From the NCBI RefSeq assembly GCF_902652985.1, contig NC_047020.1, positions 31,992,001-32,056,000 on the forward strand: a stretch of 64,000 nucleotides of DNA, read 5' to 3'. The notes under the pieces are model-generated. The model had not been told where the DNA came from, did no database searches, and saw only the letters and a list, made by a program, of their open reading frames with translations. This DNA is from Pecten maximus. Taxonomy: Eukaryota. Below, one piece after another: positions 13,201 to 22,799 of the stretch. Made by a program: the position numbers and the translations under genes. Each line of letters opens with the position of its first letter. Position 1 is the first letter of the stretch.

Positions 13201-13854
13201 ACAGTTTGTTTGACAGTTTGCTTGACAGTTTGCTTGACAGTTTGTTTGACAGTTTGCTTGACAGTTTGCTTGACAGTTTGCTTGACAGTTTGTTTGACAG
13301 TTTGCTTGACAGTTTGTTTGACAGTTTGCTTGACAGTTTGTTTGACAGTTTGTTTGACAGTTTGCTTGACAGTTTGTTTGACAGTTTGCTTGACAGTTTG
13401 TTTGATAGTTTGCTTGACAGTTTGTTTGACAGTTTGCTTGATAGTTTGCTTGATAGTTTGCTTGACAGTTTGTTTGATAGTTTGCTTGACAGTTTGTTTC
13501 ATAGTTTGTTTCATAGTTTGCACAGTTTGTTTCATGGTTTTTTTCAGGCTTTGTTTCACAGTTTGTTTCAGAGTTTTCATAGTTTGTTTCAATGATTTTT
13601 TCAGATTTTCTTACTGTTTTAAGGAGGGCAGTATCCTCACAGTCTCTGATACTGTTTTTACCGAGGCCAGTATCCTCAGTCACGTCACTCGTCAGGTCTC
13701 TGATACTGTTTTTACCGAGGCCAGTATCCTCAGTCAAGTCAATGTCTCTGATACTGTTTTTAACGAGGCCAGTATCCTCAGTCACGTCAGTCCGTAAAAC
13801 TGCCACCTGGGACTTCTTCACCAACGACTTCTTCCAGAATCTTCTGCGAGGCAT
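4240..13854 (-). CDS. Helentron/Helitron2 Rep-helicase-endonuclease polyprotein (~3204 aa from MPRRRF)
   Basis: Uninterrupted ORF. OTU (GDGNCFFRAL...HYEPV, ~11870-11470); tegument-like DUB (GHFHQG..GKQC..FDSH, ~11260-10660); charged ~21-aa repeats; CxxC/CxxC and LEERLVALRIPF region; HUH Rep (VEFQHRGSPHIHML, YIVAYISK); PIF1 helicase (GGAGVGKS, IIDEVSM, GDLYQL, TIHKSQG, YVAMSRV); APE endonuclease (NVRSL, AETKL, GDFN, SDH). The ATG at 13854 has GCCATG context just after a splice acceptor. Confidence 0.95.
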   Translation of the reverse strand: MPRRRFWKKSLVKKSQVAVLRTDVTEDTGLVKNSIRDIDLTEDTGLGKNSIRDLTSDVTEDTGLGKNSIRDCEDTALLKTVRKSEKIIETNYENSETNCETKPEKNHETNCANYETNYETNCQANYQTNCQANYQANYQANCQTNCQANYQTNCQANCQTNCQANCQTNCQTNCQANCQTNCQANCQTNCQANCQANCQANCQTNCQANCQANCQTNCQANYQTNCQTKPEINYETNCETKSDSIIKTVIETNFGEMNSYQTSFNKINCEINCLSMLESNPEDMLETKQETEQSSEINNDPKVESYEMDIETMHGRRSEIMMETRYKSKHEESSEPMSDLFGKSNKPHKTTVERIAHDKAVLCDKKNVNERKHVKKDERKLYNIMLITAKYDRRKPPTKEQKLSHMNAIDKRPRKKMPVSKLRYSCQKPSNGKRIKTKNLKIKTCTDTEMKSSKQIKERSTKKVCKSSSGYKRKNENNTTDITKKTNKTDPSISTKNDCSTLNESPPDLTNHVVKTSKAKRYRRIIQRKFNKQQYTNGTNKTTSHDKKNTTVDNENQPVLISLNMKQLIQKRIEMLSEPNIEKDLLQRVLTQTNSNQKKDDISSSKKNSGEDVIFEKQTMPDKFTYSPLSTATKQKLANMFGVTAESTSVSTCCDVKQLGKPVQTKEIQGDGNCFFRALSYSIFGNELHYGQLRQATVRHMLEKEKQYISHLRSGYKSVHDWVKKRRMLENGTWATEVEILSSADLLHTDIYIYEENMLSWMKFSAKQVDRNNEVEQEAIYLVHQYQAHYEPVLNVANDPHNVEAFAGSCIQRDTGVCNIHTQSVIDTESKKKEIKPPKCVPMANDSVIQPIEKEVQYLSQTCVKTVVQGHFHQGHDRFLENSGKQCVLNSLSALVLSREKCMTSWTSSDLDHTLIKGDEMYGLLCRSSTMHNEYVSIQEIPRQLECYDKIYKFEFQESLQGTMGNTGQDLDIFLSFTLYEALNLALDQQESNGAFITFKGNTFIVIKGANKYFVFDSHSRSVSGLQVPNGKSVLLTFSTIQQVYEHCLNLGVSMNYSVHDPFEVTAVTVKEEHLSRSDENTEERHISILPNELQASQSQGLGTKQKLYLPLSAQHCSDKLRCVTLEPEQNVTAPHPPPCVHQKQNNEIFDKLEVYFKVQKELNEKKVKKISEAKSLHNREIFQNQEREQRKIYNRNYKRIQRLNKNFRLKEVQNKAKARSDDMFRSKERTLEMHIKKKARLADEYRTKEKIRDKQRKTKVRSDDEYRSKEKLREIENKKRARLDDEYRDKEKKWEKQSKTKARSDDDYRDKEKLREIENKKRARLDDEYRSKEKLREIENKKRARLDDENRGKEKLKEMESKKRARLDNEYRGKEKLREAESKRKTRLNDEYRKIEKDREITHKRKARTNEHFRQEERARELQSKKKARLSKYYVEKERVAKQSSRQILSSIVQERLKGKQSKRKIRKDPAMSLKEKQFKCGSTLDITIDKFHKAIADGPTYVCTCCHQTWFRHSVTELPSNIELSPLFQRCSTGFKSKDRKEWICRTCSLSLKNKKLPTLSTANKLSFPPLPFELDLHQLEERLVALRIPFMQMRELPRGGQLSIHGNVVNVPVDIQPTIKALPRQFDETTIPVRIKRKLAYNKCEFTENVRPYKVLQALHWLFNNSDLYKSSGIEIDEEWISKLNTSADESIHSFMANPSSESADQSDDGGNESDTFSEIDQTERVIGNSDTLIEPICPQCDSTYTFAPGEGQHPLSLYSDKNAEELSFPAIFCGKSRVENSQREVKVHYSDIVKWELRHVDRRAANSVPNIFFKMKKIQMKQISDKVYLAIRRCKSKGKNITAADALNSSHMNKLVNLDEGYYIFRTLRNSPPYLEKRKKDVFAMIRQLGLPTWFGSLSAGDTRWHDLLRILGELNDKLCYTEDQIINMTWNDKTSLVQKDPITCARYFDHRVQHFITTVLKSDHAPLGILTDYFYRVEFQHRGSPHIHMLMWVQNAPKYKQDSAQAISEFVDKHTSCNANVQDHLSSHIDIQTHKHSKTCRKKGKPVCRFGFPLPPMSKTMVLEPLDEDHENLKKKYQELQKKITDMKDAEHLTFNSFLENVANMSEEEYILCIRSSLKSPKVFLKRKPSEVRINPYMTSLLQAWNANHDLQFVLDPYACAVYIVAYISKSQRGMSILLDEACKEARKGNMDIKRQVRHMGNKFLNSVEVCAQEAAYLTLQLPLTKSSRDVVFINTSEASERTFLLKQKDILEELPPQSTDIESDNVVKRYSKRPKQLQTMCLADYVSELDITYPKKKDQKEENNDDDIIMSDSDSEDETVTISENWTTFTMPNGIVFKRRKNIKIIRYVRYNAKTDPENHYREKLLLFLPWRKEDTDLLGGFSTFQEHYEHVRHIVDTKLIEYEHHADELDIALQTATDDMGEEFDQIAPLTQHIEEEDDQAGSRDSEQFVYYKPQSASHKDYDIGIDIGVSQTFPNIDYTPNILPNTEYLELVRKLNIKQKEFFLHVLHWIKTKDCPLYAFLTGGAGVGKSVVIKTLYQALKRHLCAREGDNPENCKVLLCAPTGKAAHNINGTTIHTAFKILPNRGYQSYHVDSDTLNSLRVKYRDLSIVIIDEVSMVGNKMFSLINECLQRIKGNQKQLFGGVSVILIGDLYQLKPVMDHWIFQNLQEQLGPLATNIWKALFTVHELNEIMRQKDDRDFAELLNRMRCMVNGRLSESDLSTLMSRVVKPTDINYPKEAPHLFTTNKQVDNFNDNIFEQTENTKVRIPSLDTAVGDIPTNVKERLVRALPNEISKTGGLLNVAPIAVGMAYEITVNLNIEDGLVNGACCHVKYIEYKQSNTDRPSIVWVQFEDDTTGNEARSTYKHLRSHHILPTWTPIFDTQRTFLYNRKSFIRIQFPLRPAAAKTIHKSQGCTLNKVVVDMTSTRKQPHMHYVAMSRVRNLSDLHIINLNEQKISVDTAVTDEMLRMYTEAPLQLCYIPPYTLSSNKLKVAFLNVRSLPLHIKDIRHDFNIIAADVLAFAETKLKTSNSSDSLKLEGFCIERNDQQNTQTPHHGQAIYFGKNIQFAKKYIFTSFDFECMIANVSKENKKIQVAIIYKSPKCSYLNLKAQIRHHIKPVINTDEPFVILGDFNVDTSENETFLHWMESEFNCRQVVSCVTTDFGSKLDLIFTNEQNCISSTVECCWSDHKLVYSAF
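9550..10330 (-). repeat. In-frame ~63-bp repeats encoding charged helical units (KARLDDEYRxKEKLRExExKK)
   Basis: About 10 imperfect 21-aa units in the ORF translation. Confidence 0.85.
13134..13595 (-). repeat. In-frame 12-bp minisatellite encoding (NCQT/NCQA/NYQT)n
   Basis: ACAGTTTGYTTG repeats. The overlapping repetitive ORFs in other frames are by-products. Confidence 0.95.
13620..13790 (-). repeat. In-frame repeat encoding TEDTGLGKNSIRD (~4 copies)
   Basis: GGCCAGTATCCTCAGTCA / TCTCTGATACTGTTTTT repeated. Confidence 0.85.
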
Positions 13855-13861
13855 GGCTAAT

Positions 13862-13880
13862 CTGAAATAACAGCAAACAA
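13862..13880 (-). promoter_or_regulatory. Splice acceptor immediately upstream of the Helentron start codon
   Basis: Minus strand TTGTTTGCTGTTATTTCAG|ATTAGCCATG. Confidence 0.65.
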
Positions 13881-14639
13881 TATCTTGATTGATCATAGAC
13901 AACAAGATTAATTGATAACTGATTTGATTTCATCCTTACTTCTTATGTGTGAATCATAGCATTTTATCTCTCTTGGACATGTATTAAATAAATGTTAACA
14001 TGGTTAGTCCAGAACTAAAACACTGGCAGGTCCGCAAGAACCTAACCATGTGGCTGTATATATTAGGTTAGAGATCTGGACTGTTAAAAAACAACTAAGA
14101 CTATCCTCTGGAGGCCAACTCATACCCCCTCACTCCACTACCAATGAGTTTATTTATGGAATAATTGTAATTGTAATACAGGGTCAAGGTCAATTTAGAT
14201 TTCCGATACGAGAAGGTAAATTCTACCTCTTATAGATCAAGCACATTTATAATGTATAAGAATTATCTCTAGTAATAAAGTTTAGTTAAAATCTCGTTGC
14301 ATTTGTATGATGATGACTAATAGTAATGGGAAACCATTACAAAAGTCCCCCAAACACCTTCCATATTCCCGAAGATGCAAATGTGGTCTCTCTGGCAACA
14401 AAACAGATACAGTTGAATTTGCACCAATCAGAAGCCAGTAAATGACGGCCATTTTCTTACAATGTGAAACTGAGGTTGTAAATATATACCAAATTTCATC
14501 AAAATTGGTGCCATTTAGGCCGACAGCCATTTTGTTGAAAATTTCAACTTTTTTTTTTATACAAAATTAAAGTTCATCATGTTTTCAACCTTCCAACAAA
14601 GTTGAATTGAATTTCATTGAATAGTAAAAGAGTTATGAT

Positions 14640-15480
14640 AAACTAGAACTGTCGCCAGGATAGCCGACTAATACCTCTACAATCTGCTGCAGTCAATGGA
14701 CAACTGTTATTTGGAGGCTAACTAAGATAATCTGTGCATGCCACTATTTCTGAAATTCAGAATGGCTAGAATATGTGTTGTTCATAATAAAGAGAATTTA
14801 GTCATAAGTTTTGTTGAAATCAGTCCATAGGTTTAGGAAGAGTTGTCTGGAACCTGTTAATAATGACTAGTTACCATGGCAACAAAAACTTTGGAATTTA
14901 AACAGATGCATGCACATATGCACATGTTCTCTAACATTTTGACCGATTGAATGGAAACCTGATATAAATACATTATGCACATCTACAGATTACGCATATC
15001 TACAATGTATAAGGATTATTGCCAGCAAGTTTTGTTGAAATTCCCTCAGTAGTTTATGAGTATAACCAATACAATTTTTGACAGAATATGCAGCCAATAC
15101 CCTTCAACACTTGATTTCTATCTAAAGTGTGACCTTAACTTTTAACCTTCAAATCTGAAAACCAATCCCAATAAAGCACTTACAATAAGGAAGCACTTAT
15201 ATCAAGTTTGAGGTAGATTGTTTTGAAGTACAAATTGATTGGAAAAAGCAAACTAAAGTTACTGTATAGAAACTTGATTTCCTATCTTTAGCAACATTTA
15301 CCTTGACCTTTGACACACAGAAGCAATAAGAAAGCACTGTATGAAGTTTGAGTTTGATTGGCCCAAAGAAATTAAAATTATTGAAGGGAAATAAAAGTTG
15401 ATGGACAGACAGAAGGATCGTTATATCTACAGACAGAAAGACAAACAGACAACCTGATCCAGTACCCCTAACTTATTCAA
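14640..15480 (-). mobile_element. Degenerate HINE/pearl-like non-autonomous element(s)
   Basis: AACTAGAACTGTCGCC end, TGACCTT motifs, duplicated internal block, (ACAG)n microsatellite near 15405-15450. Confidence 0.5.
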
Positions 15481-15840
15481 ACAAAAATATACATTATACA
15501 TGTACTTTGATATTTATCTTGATTTCATGTTGCTTATGTCACACGTGCACAAATGTACCCAAATAAGAAATTCATTTATCAAAAATAGGAAACTAGCAGC
15601 TTTTCTGTCAAACCAGGACTACTATTGTATCTTTCATCCCCCAAAACCTTTTCATATTATTTTCAGCTTAACTGGACAATATGTCAATATTAACCAATCA
15701 GAAGCATTTATAACATTTTCTATAGTAATTGTTCTGAAAATAATGTATTTCATAAATAAAAAGCATAATTATAGAAGTTACATCATTTGACAAACTTTGA
15801 ATGAAATTTATCCAAGAACTGTGTAAAGAGACCAGCTAGT

Positions 15841-17155
15841 TACTGTATAGCGTGAAATTTTAGCAGTCATAAAATTTTGCGATTTGGTCCTGAAAACTAA
15901 AAGCAAAAAATTTTGGCGGGTTAAAATTTTGTAATTTCCCTTAAATCAATGGTTTTAATTTGGCGTTGAGCAAATATATTACCTACCGGTATATATATAT
16001 AATGTTATGTCCATACACCCTATCCATGTTGATCAACAGTGTTAACATAAGTTCATTAAATGGTATTGGTAGATATATATAGATGGCTTTCTTTACGTAC
16101 ATGTATCATAAGTAAGTTGTTCACCAGCTATTCGTATGTACCTGCATTTTGGCTGACAGTTTCCAGGCAACAACCAACGTTAAGCATCGGCGTTACTCTT
16201 GGGAGTTATCAAAGGTAAATGGCAGTCGGAACGAAAACTATTGGCAAAATTGAAATTTTCGCGTCTTTTTAATTGGAGGTGTTAAAATTTTACAGTTTAA
16301 ATTTTGGCAATCTATAAAGGGGTCGACATTAACTTTTTTCTGCACTTGTCCCTTTGGACAAGTAACATTTATATCCACTTGTCCGAATGGAATTATCACT
16401 TGTCCCACTTAAGTTAAATGATGTTTTTCAATGACTGTGTATCATGCAGTAAAATGATAACATTGCAATGACAACTATATTACTGATATTTATTGGTGTT
16501 TTGTCCAAGTTACATAATGAAGAGAAAAAAAATGCTACTGACAGCCTATTTTCGATTTACAGAAACTAAACTAGTCTAATAAGAATAGAAATCAACTGAA
16601 TAAAACATGAATATAATTGTAGAAATGCAATAGTGCATAAATATCTGAAATACTATATTTGCTAAATCTTGCAATAAATAGCGAGCCTGCATCTGTTGCT
16701 ACTTTAGTCCTTCAAATACACTTGCAATTTCCTTGTACACTTTTATTCATATTCCTTCTTTTTCCAATATGCATATTCAATTCAAAGACACCAATTCGGC
16801 CGATTGAATATTTTTGAAAAACACAGAAAGTTTAGTTATCATCTGCATTAGTGTTCTGAATTAAACTATTTTCGTTAATATGAAAAAGTCACTTCCAATG
16901 TACACTATCCATGTTTTCCTTTCTTTTTAATCATAGGTATAAGGTGAAGTCTTGTGAATGTTGATTTCAGAATATAAATAAACAACATGAAGACAATATT
17001 TGTTACTTGTCCCGTCGGACAAGTGTTTTGATACTTTCACTTTTCCGACAGCAATTTAGTCTGGTACCGGACAAGCGGACATGCAAGCCTTAATGTCGAC
17101 CCCTGCTATATACTCTCCAAATTAAAGCCCCGCTAAAATTTCCTACTATACAGTA
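15841..17155. mobile_element. Tc1/mariner-type MITE interrupted by a nested element
   Basis: TIRs TACTGTATAG....AAATTTTAGC / GCTAAAATTT....CTATACAGTA, including the TA target dinucleotides. Confidence 0.75.
16318..17105. mobile_element. Nested hAT-like MITE
   Basis: TIRs AGGGGTCGACATTAA / TTAATGTCGACCCCTG, with repeated subterminal ACTTGTCC/GGACAAG motifs at both ends. The TSD is only partly visible (CTATA). Confidence 0.75.
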
Positions 17156-17599
17156 TCATGTTGGCCAAAATTTCTGTGGAAAATAACTCTGAATGCGCAT
17201 CTTCTATGACATTCCTGTTTGGTTTTCTTCATATTGGTTTGAAATAGTTTGGTAGTCACTCTGGTGAAAATTGATGCAACTTAATAACTTTCAGGGAAAC
17301 AACATCATGAGTAATGTGTTCAAAATGGGAGGTGTAAGCAGTAAAAAGATGTAAAGATGGGTACAATTCATGACATTGACAAAATGAGTTAAATTCTCAG
17401 AATTTGTTTGGATTGGAGTGTGTTTTCCATCAACACTTTCTATCTTGAAAATGATGTAAGAGGATTTTTTACAAATCGTTCTTTTTATATACATTTTATA
17501 CCTGTCTAAACTTTAATGCAGACCTCCAATTGTTCTTTCTCAAAGTAGAGATTTTCTGTAATAATTAATATTTTAACCAAGCACAGTGCTTGTATCAAC

Positions 17600-18430
17600 A
17601 TAACGAGATCTCAAAGGGATCTTGCCACCCATCATTGAATGATCTTTATAGTTTTCATGTCAAACTGATCTTCTCTATATTTTTCCTCTCATTTATTTTA
17701 TAACATGAACACATGGAACCCACGTGTGAAGTCCAAGAAAAATCCTTCCAGTACTTTTAAAGAAATATTGTAACATATTTCAATTCTCAAAATCCAAGAC
17801 GGCTACCTGTTGGGAACTGCCAGATGAAGTTTGAGAAATATCCCTCATTTGTACAGAAATAGCAATAACAAACTTCAATTGTCAAATCCAAGATGGCGTC
17901 CTATTGGTCATGTTGTTTTCCTATTTGTCCCAAAATGCAATATGTACCACTAGGGACCAAGAGGAACCTACATATGAAATTTGAGAAAGATCCCTTTAGT
18001 ACTTTCTTAGAAATAGCGATAACAATTTTTTATTGTCCAAATCCAAGATGGCTGCCTGTCAGCCATGTTGTTTTCCGACTGATGCCGAAATGCAATATGT
18101 ATAACTAAGGACCAAGGGCAACAAACATATGAAATTTCAGAAAGATCCCTTCTGTACTTTCTGAGAAATAGTGATAACAAACTTCAACTGTCAAAATACA
18201 AGATGAGTGCAGATCATCAATGTTGTTTTCTGATCAATCTCAAAATGCAATGTGCACCACTAAAGACCAAGGGGAACCTACATATGAAATTTGAGCAAGA
18301 TCCCTTCAGTATACTTTTTAAGAAATAGTGATAACAAGAATTGATTACAGACAGACGGACAACTAATTAACGTGTAGTGTAATACTACTACACAGAGGAG
18401 GATGTCCCACAATATATGGGGGCTTAACTT
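17600..18430 (-). mobile_element. HINE/pearl-like element with ~155-bp core repeats
   Basis: 3-4 units containing CCAAGATGGC and GAAATTTGAGAAAGATCCCTT, followed by an ACAGACAGACGGAC microsatellite. Confidence 0.6.
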
Positions 18431-19279
18431 CATTCTAGCCGTGTTAGCTTACCAGGTAGATTTATAATAAAAAATCTTTAAGGAAATAATTTTCAATAGA
18501 CAAACATTTTTATTTTTATCTAACAATCATATTATTTCCCAAGAAAAATCACACTATAATTCATGTATGGGAAGAAATTTCCTTGAAGGAAATGTCATAA
18601 AAAGTCATAAAGGTTGACAATTAAGACTTGGTATCATTGCAGAGCTGATAACTTTGGATCATTTACTGATATTGCATGTCTATGAGTTTATCTTTTATAG
18701 CATCTAATCAAGGTATTCTATTGGTGGCATGGTCTAAACACTAGTCTCAACACTAGTATAAGGCAGGGCGATTTGAACAGCCCACCATGTGATGATGGTG
18801 GGCTAAAAAAGTGCTAGTATCAATATCAAAAGAATGAACACAAATTATTTGGTTTACAAAGTGTCAATGTTATTATACATGAATGATTAGCATTTCTGCT
18901 GTTTATGTATCAAAATAAAGTACCATACATTAACTGATAACACTACTTTGTGCTGAACTGCATCAAAATCATACAATATGTCAAATCTGTATAAACAGAC
19001 CACTCATGGGGAAATCTTAATTGAACTAGACTGTTCTTTTTGTTCTATTCACTTAAGATATACCTGAAGCAATGCAAAATATGCAATATGTAAAAAAAAA
19101 AACAATCTCCAGTTGACAAGTTGTTCAGGACATTGCAAAAGCTAGATTTAATGTATTTTTGTAATCATTAATTTTGTGAGACTTTCTAAATAACACAGCA
19201 TATCAAATAATTATCAAATTTACCTAACAAATTATTTCATTATTTTTTATGTTTTCATGCAATATATTTTAATTCCTTT

Positions 19280-20080
19280 CGTTGCTGAATCCTGGTCCGG
19301 ACACCGTCCCGATTATTCGTCACATTGCTGTATTTCCTACTTCATAATGCGACTTTTTCAACAGATATTGAATATCTGTCATACATGTTTCAAAAACTAT
19401 ATAAATCATGATTTTAAAGCAGAATGACTGTTGATGTATTCCTTTCTTGACGTCTCAGCAAAAATACGCGTTATATCAGTCAAATCATTGACCGATCTCA
19501 AGTAGACTACAGTTGATATGAAGGCCTTCATCGTATAAAATCTACGAAACTCTTGCTTAGGTTTACGACAACGCTCCGCTCTGAAAGAGTTAATATATCT
19601 GTTGGATTGTATTAAAAACTAAATAACACTTCGAACAATAGACGACAACTTGAATAATTACTAGTATAGACGTATTCGATGCACAAAGCTCTTATCTGGA
19701 ACGCGACAGACGGAAGTGCCTAACCTAGTTTACGGTCCAAATATATTAGTTTACGGTCCAAATATATAAGCCTATGTCAAATTGGCACTGACTGGTCTCA
19801 TTCTTAAAATATAAAAACATTAACAGTGTTTACATTATCAATCAAACCACCCTTCAACTCTTTTAAAGCGGGCAGTAGCACTAGCTTTGCAATATATCCA
19901 ATTGTTCTCAGCAAAATATACGACGCCGCCATCTTACCTATAAAGGAGATATGAAATAACACGTGACATCAGAGTTATCAAAACGTTTGAAATTTCCCGT
20001 CGATTTCAAGCGCAAAAGGGACAAATGTAGACTTGCCCAAGTTCCAGTGGGGAATGAAATGTTCCACTCGGCTTACACGT
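19280..20080 (-). promoter_or_regulatory. Candidate CpG-rich promoter island
   Basis: Visibly more CpG than the flanks. YY1-type AAGATGGCGGC (minus, ~19926-19936), CACGTG (~19960), CCAAT (minus, ~19781-19785), ETS-type CGGAAGTG (~19711), tandem 21-bp duplication TAGTTTACGGTCCAAATATAT. Confidence 0.45.
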
Positions 20081-20859
20081 TAAATAATAAAATTACACAG
20101 AAACAAGATCATATAAATTTGCTATTTCATAATCTTAGCTTAGGTTATTTTTACCCTTTTTTTAAAATTTACTTTTGATGTCCTTATAATTATCAGCTAT
20201 AATTGCAATTTAGTTTCATAATAACATTTTTTTTTAATTTCTTTTTCTTAACAGCTCATGTATAGGCCTGTATGTTTTGCAAATGTTTAATCTAAAAGAC
20301 AGAATTTAACTATTCTTTAAACCAATGGAAAATAACACATGTTCAGGGATATATTTCAATGGGAATAAGATAAATTCTGAGAAAAACATCCAAAATCATT
20401 ATACATTTATTACCTATTCACTTATATCATTCAAGCAGCCTTATTCAGGACAAAGGACAAAAAATTTCAAAGTTACATATCTTATCAAAAGTTTCCAAGT
20501 TCATGTTCAATACTTGCAATCATAGTCAACAGTTATATATATAATTACTATAAATCAGTGCAAATATTGAACAATACACATATATTATCTTTGCATAACA
20601 TAATTTTTCATTTAATATCACACTGCTGATGGCTGATGAACCTTTAATTCATGTATTTCTCTTCTGCACATCACCAACATGGAAATCTTCTTCATCAGAA
20701 TAATTTGATAAATATCACTTAACAGCTTAACAGATTAGGTGAAAAGAATAAGGTGATTGCATGTGACAACAATGTTTAAACAAAGTTCCGAAAGCTATGC
20801 TGAAGAAAACATGTGAAAAATCTCCAACCTCTGCATATACCTCTTGACACAATTTCAAA

Positions 20860-22376
20860 TGATTTGAACCATGTGGTCTTCAATGTAAGTCAAGGTCATA
20901 CATCTGAACCAGCATACCATTGGCCTACTTAAAAATCATTTTTAAAGATTTAAACCTATTTGATCCTGTGACCTTTAATTAAGGTCAATGTCATTCATCT
21001 AAACAAATGTAGTAGCCCTTAACCCTAGCATGCTACAGGCCCAATATCAAGTCCCTCATTTGAACAAACTTGACATCCCTTCACCCCAGCATGCTACAAG
21101 CCCCAATATCAAGTCCCTGGGTCTCTTGGTTATTGAGAAGTCGTTAAAATTTTATAGTCTATTCTACCTTTGTGACCTTGAATAAAGGTCAAGGTCATTC
21201 ATTTGAACAAACTTTGTAGCGCTTCAGCCCAGCATGCTACATGCCAAATATCAAGTCCCTGGGCCCCTTGGTTATTGAGAAGAAGTTGTTTAAAGATTTT
21301 TGTCTGTTTGACCCATATGACCTTGAATGAAGGCCAAGGTCATTCATTTGAACAAACTTTGTAGCCCTTCACCCTAGCATCATACAGGCCCAATATCAAG
21401 TCCCTTGGCCTCTTGGTTATTTAGAAGTTGTTTGAAGATTATAGCTTATTTGACCCATATGACCTTGAATGAAGGTCAAGGTCATTTATTTGAACAAACT
21501 TTGTAGCCCTTCACCCCAGCATGCTACAGGCCCAATATCAAGTCCCTGGGCCTTTTGGTTATTGAGAAGAAGTTATTTAAAGATTTTTGTCTGTTTGACC
21601 CATATGACCTTGAATGAAGGTCAAGGTCATTTATTTGAACAAACTTAATAGCCCTTCACTCAAGCATGCTACAGGTCTAATATCAAGTCCCTGGGTCTCT
21701 TGGTTATTGAGAAGAAGTTGTTCGAAGATTATAGCTTATTTGACCCATGTGACCTTGAATGAAGGTCAAGGTCATTTATTTGAACAAACTTTGTAGCCCT
21801 TCACCCCAGCATGCTACAGGCCCAATATCAAGTCCCTGGGCCTTTTGGTTATTGAGAAGAAGTTGTTTGAAGATTATAGCCTATTTGACCCATGTGACCT
21901 TGAATGAAGGTCAAGGTCATTTCTTTGAACAAACTTTGTAGCCCTTCAGCCCAGCATGCTACAGGCCCAATATCAAGTCCCTGGGCCTCTTGGTTATTGA
22001 GAAGAAGTTGTTTGAAGATTATAGCCTATTTGACCCATGTGACCTTAAATGAAGGTCAATGTCATTTATTTGAACAAACTTTGTAGCCCTTCACCCCAGC
22101 ATGCTACAGGCCCAATATCAAGTCCCTGGGCCTCTTGGTTATTGAGAAGAAGTTGTTTGAAGATTATAGCCTATTTGACCCATGTGACCTTGAATGAAGG
22201 TCAAGGTCATTTATTTGAACAAACTTGGTAGCCCTTCAGCCCAGCATGCTACAGGCCAAATATCAAGTCCCTGGGCCCCTTGGTTATTGAGAAGAAGTTG
22301 TTTAAATGAAAAAGTTGACGCCGGACGCCGCACCATGGCATAAGCTCACTTGCCCTTCGGGCAGGTGAGCTAAAAA
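20860..22376 (-). mobile_element. HINE with ~10 tandem 145-bp core repeats; 3' end not recognisable
   Basis: Terminal hairpin AGCTCACTTGCCC-TTC-GGGCAGGTGAGCT (22343-22371) plus A-run. The 145-bp period includes TGACCTTGAATGAAGGTCAAGGTCA. Confidence 0.85.
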
Positions 22377-22799
22377 TCACTGCATAACATGTACATCGAC
22401 ATATGGCCCTAACATTCCTGTGTAGTTTCAATGAAGTGAGGGGGAGTAGTCCAGACAAGATATGTCTCATCATAACGTTTATATTGGTTACCATGGCAAC
22501 CAAATGACATCTATTGTTTTGGAAAATAGAACCATTGTAATTGCCATACATCAAAACCCTAATATACTCATTTTTAGCTATATCTTAATCAGTCAATCAG
22601 AAGCCTCTATTTTGTTTGCATAGTAACACTTCATTAAATACCTGAACATCAAATTATTTAATAAAGTACACCACTTCATCAAGTTACCATGGCAATCATA
22701 ATTTCTGAAAAAAAAGAGAAAAAAACAAAAAGAAGAAAAAAATCTTCATGATCTACACAAGATTACAATTCAAAATGACCTCTGTACCGACTGACTCAC

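Noticed and set aside
13855-13905. First 17 aa of the predicted 3221-aa ORF
   Set aside because: Starts at TTG and overlaps a pyrimidine tract/acceptor. ATG 13854 is the better start.
20640-20730. Possible exon 4 of the eIF5B-like gene (SDEEDF)
   Set aside because: The acidic frame hits a stop and the splice sites and phase do not fit.
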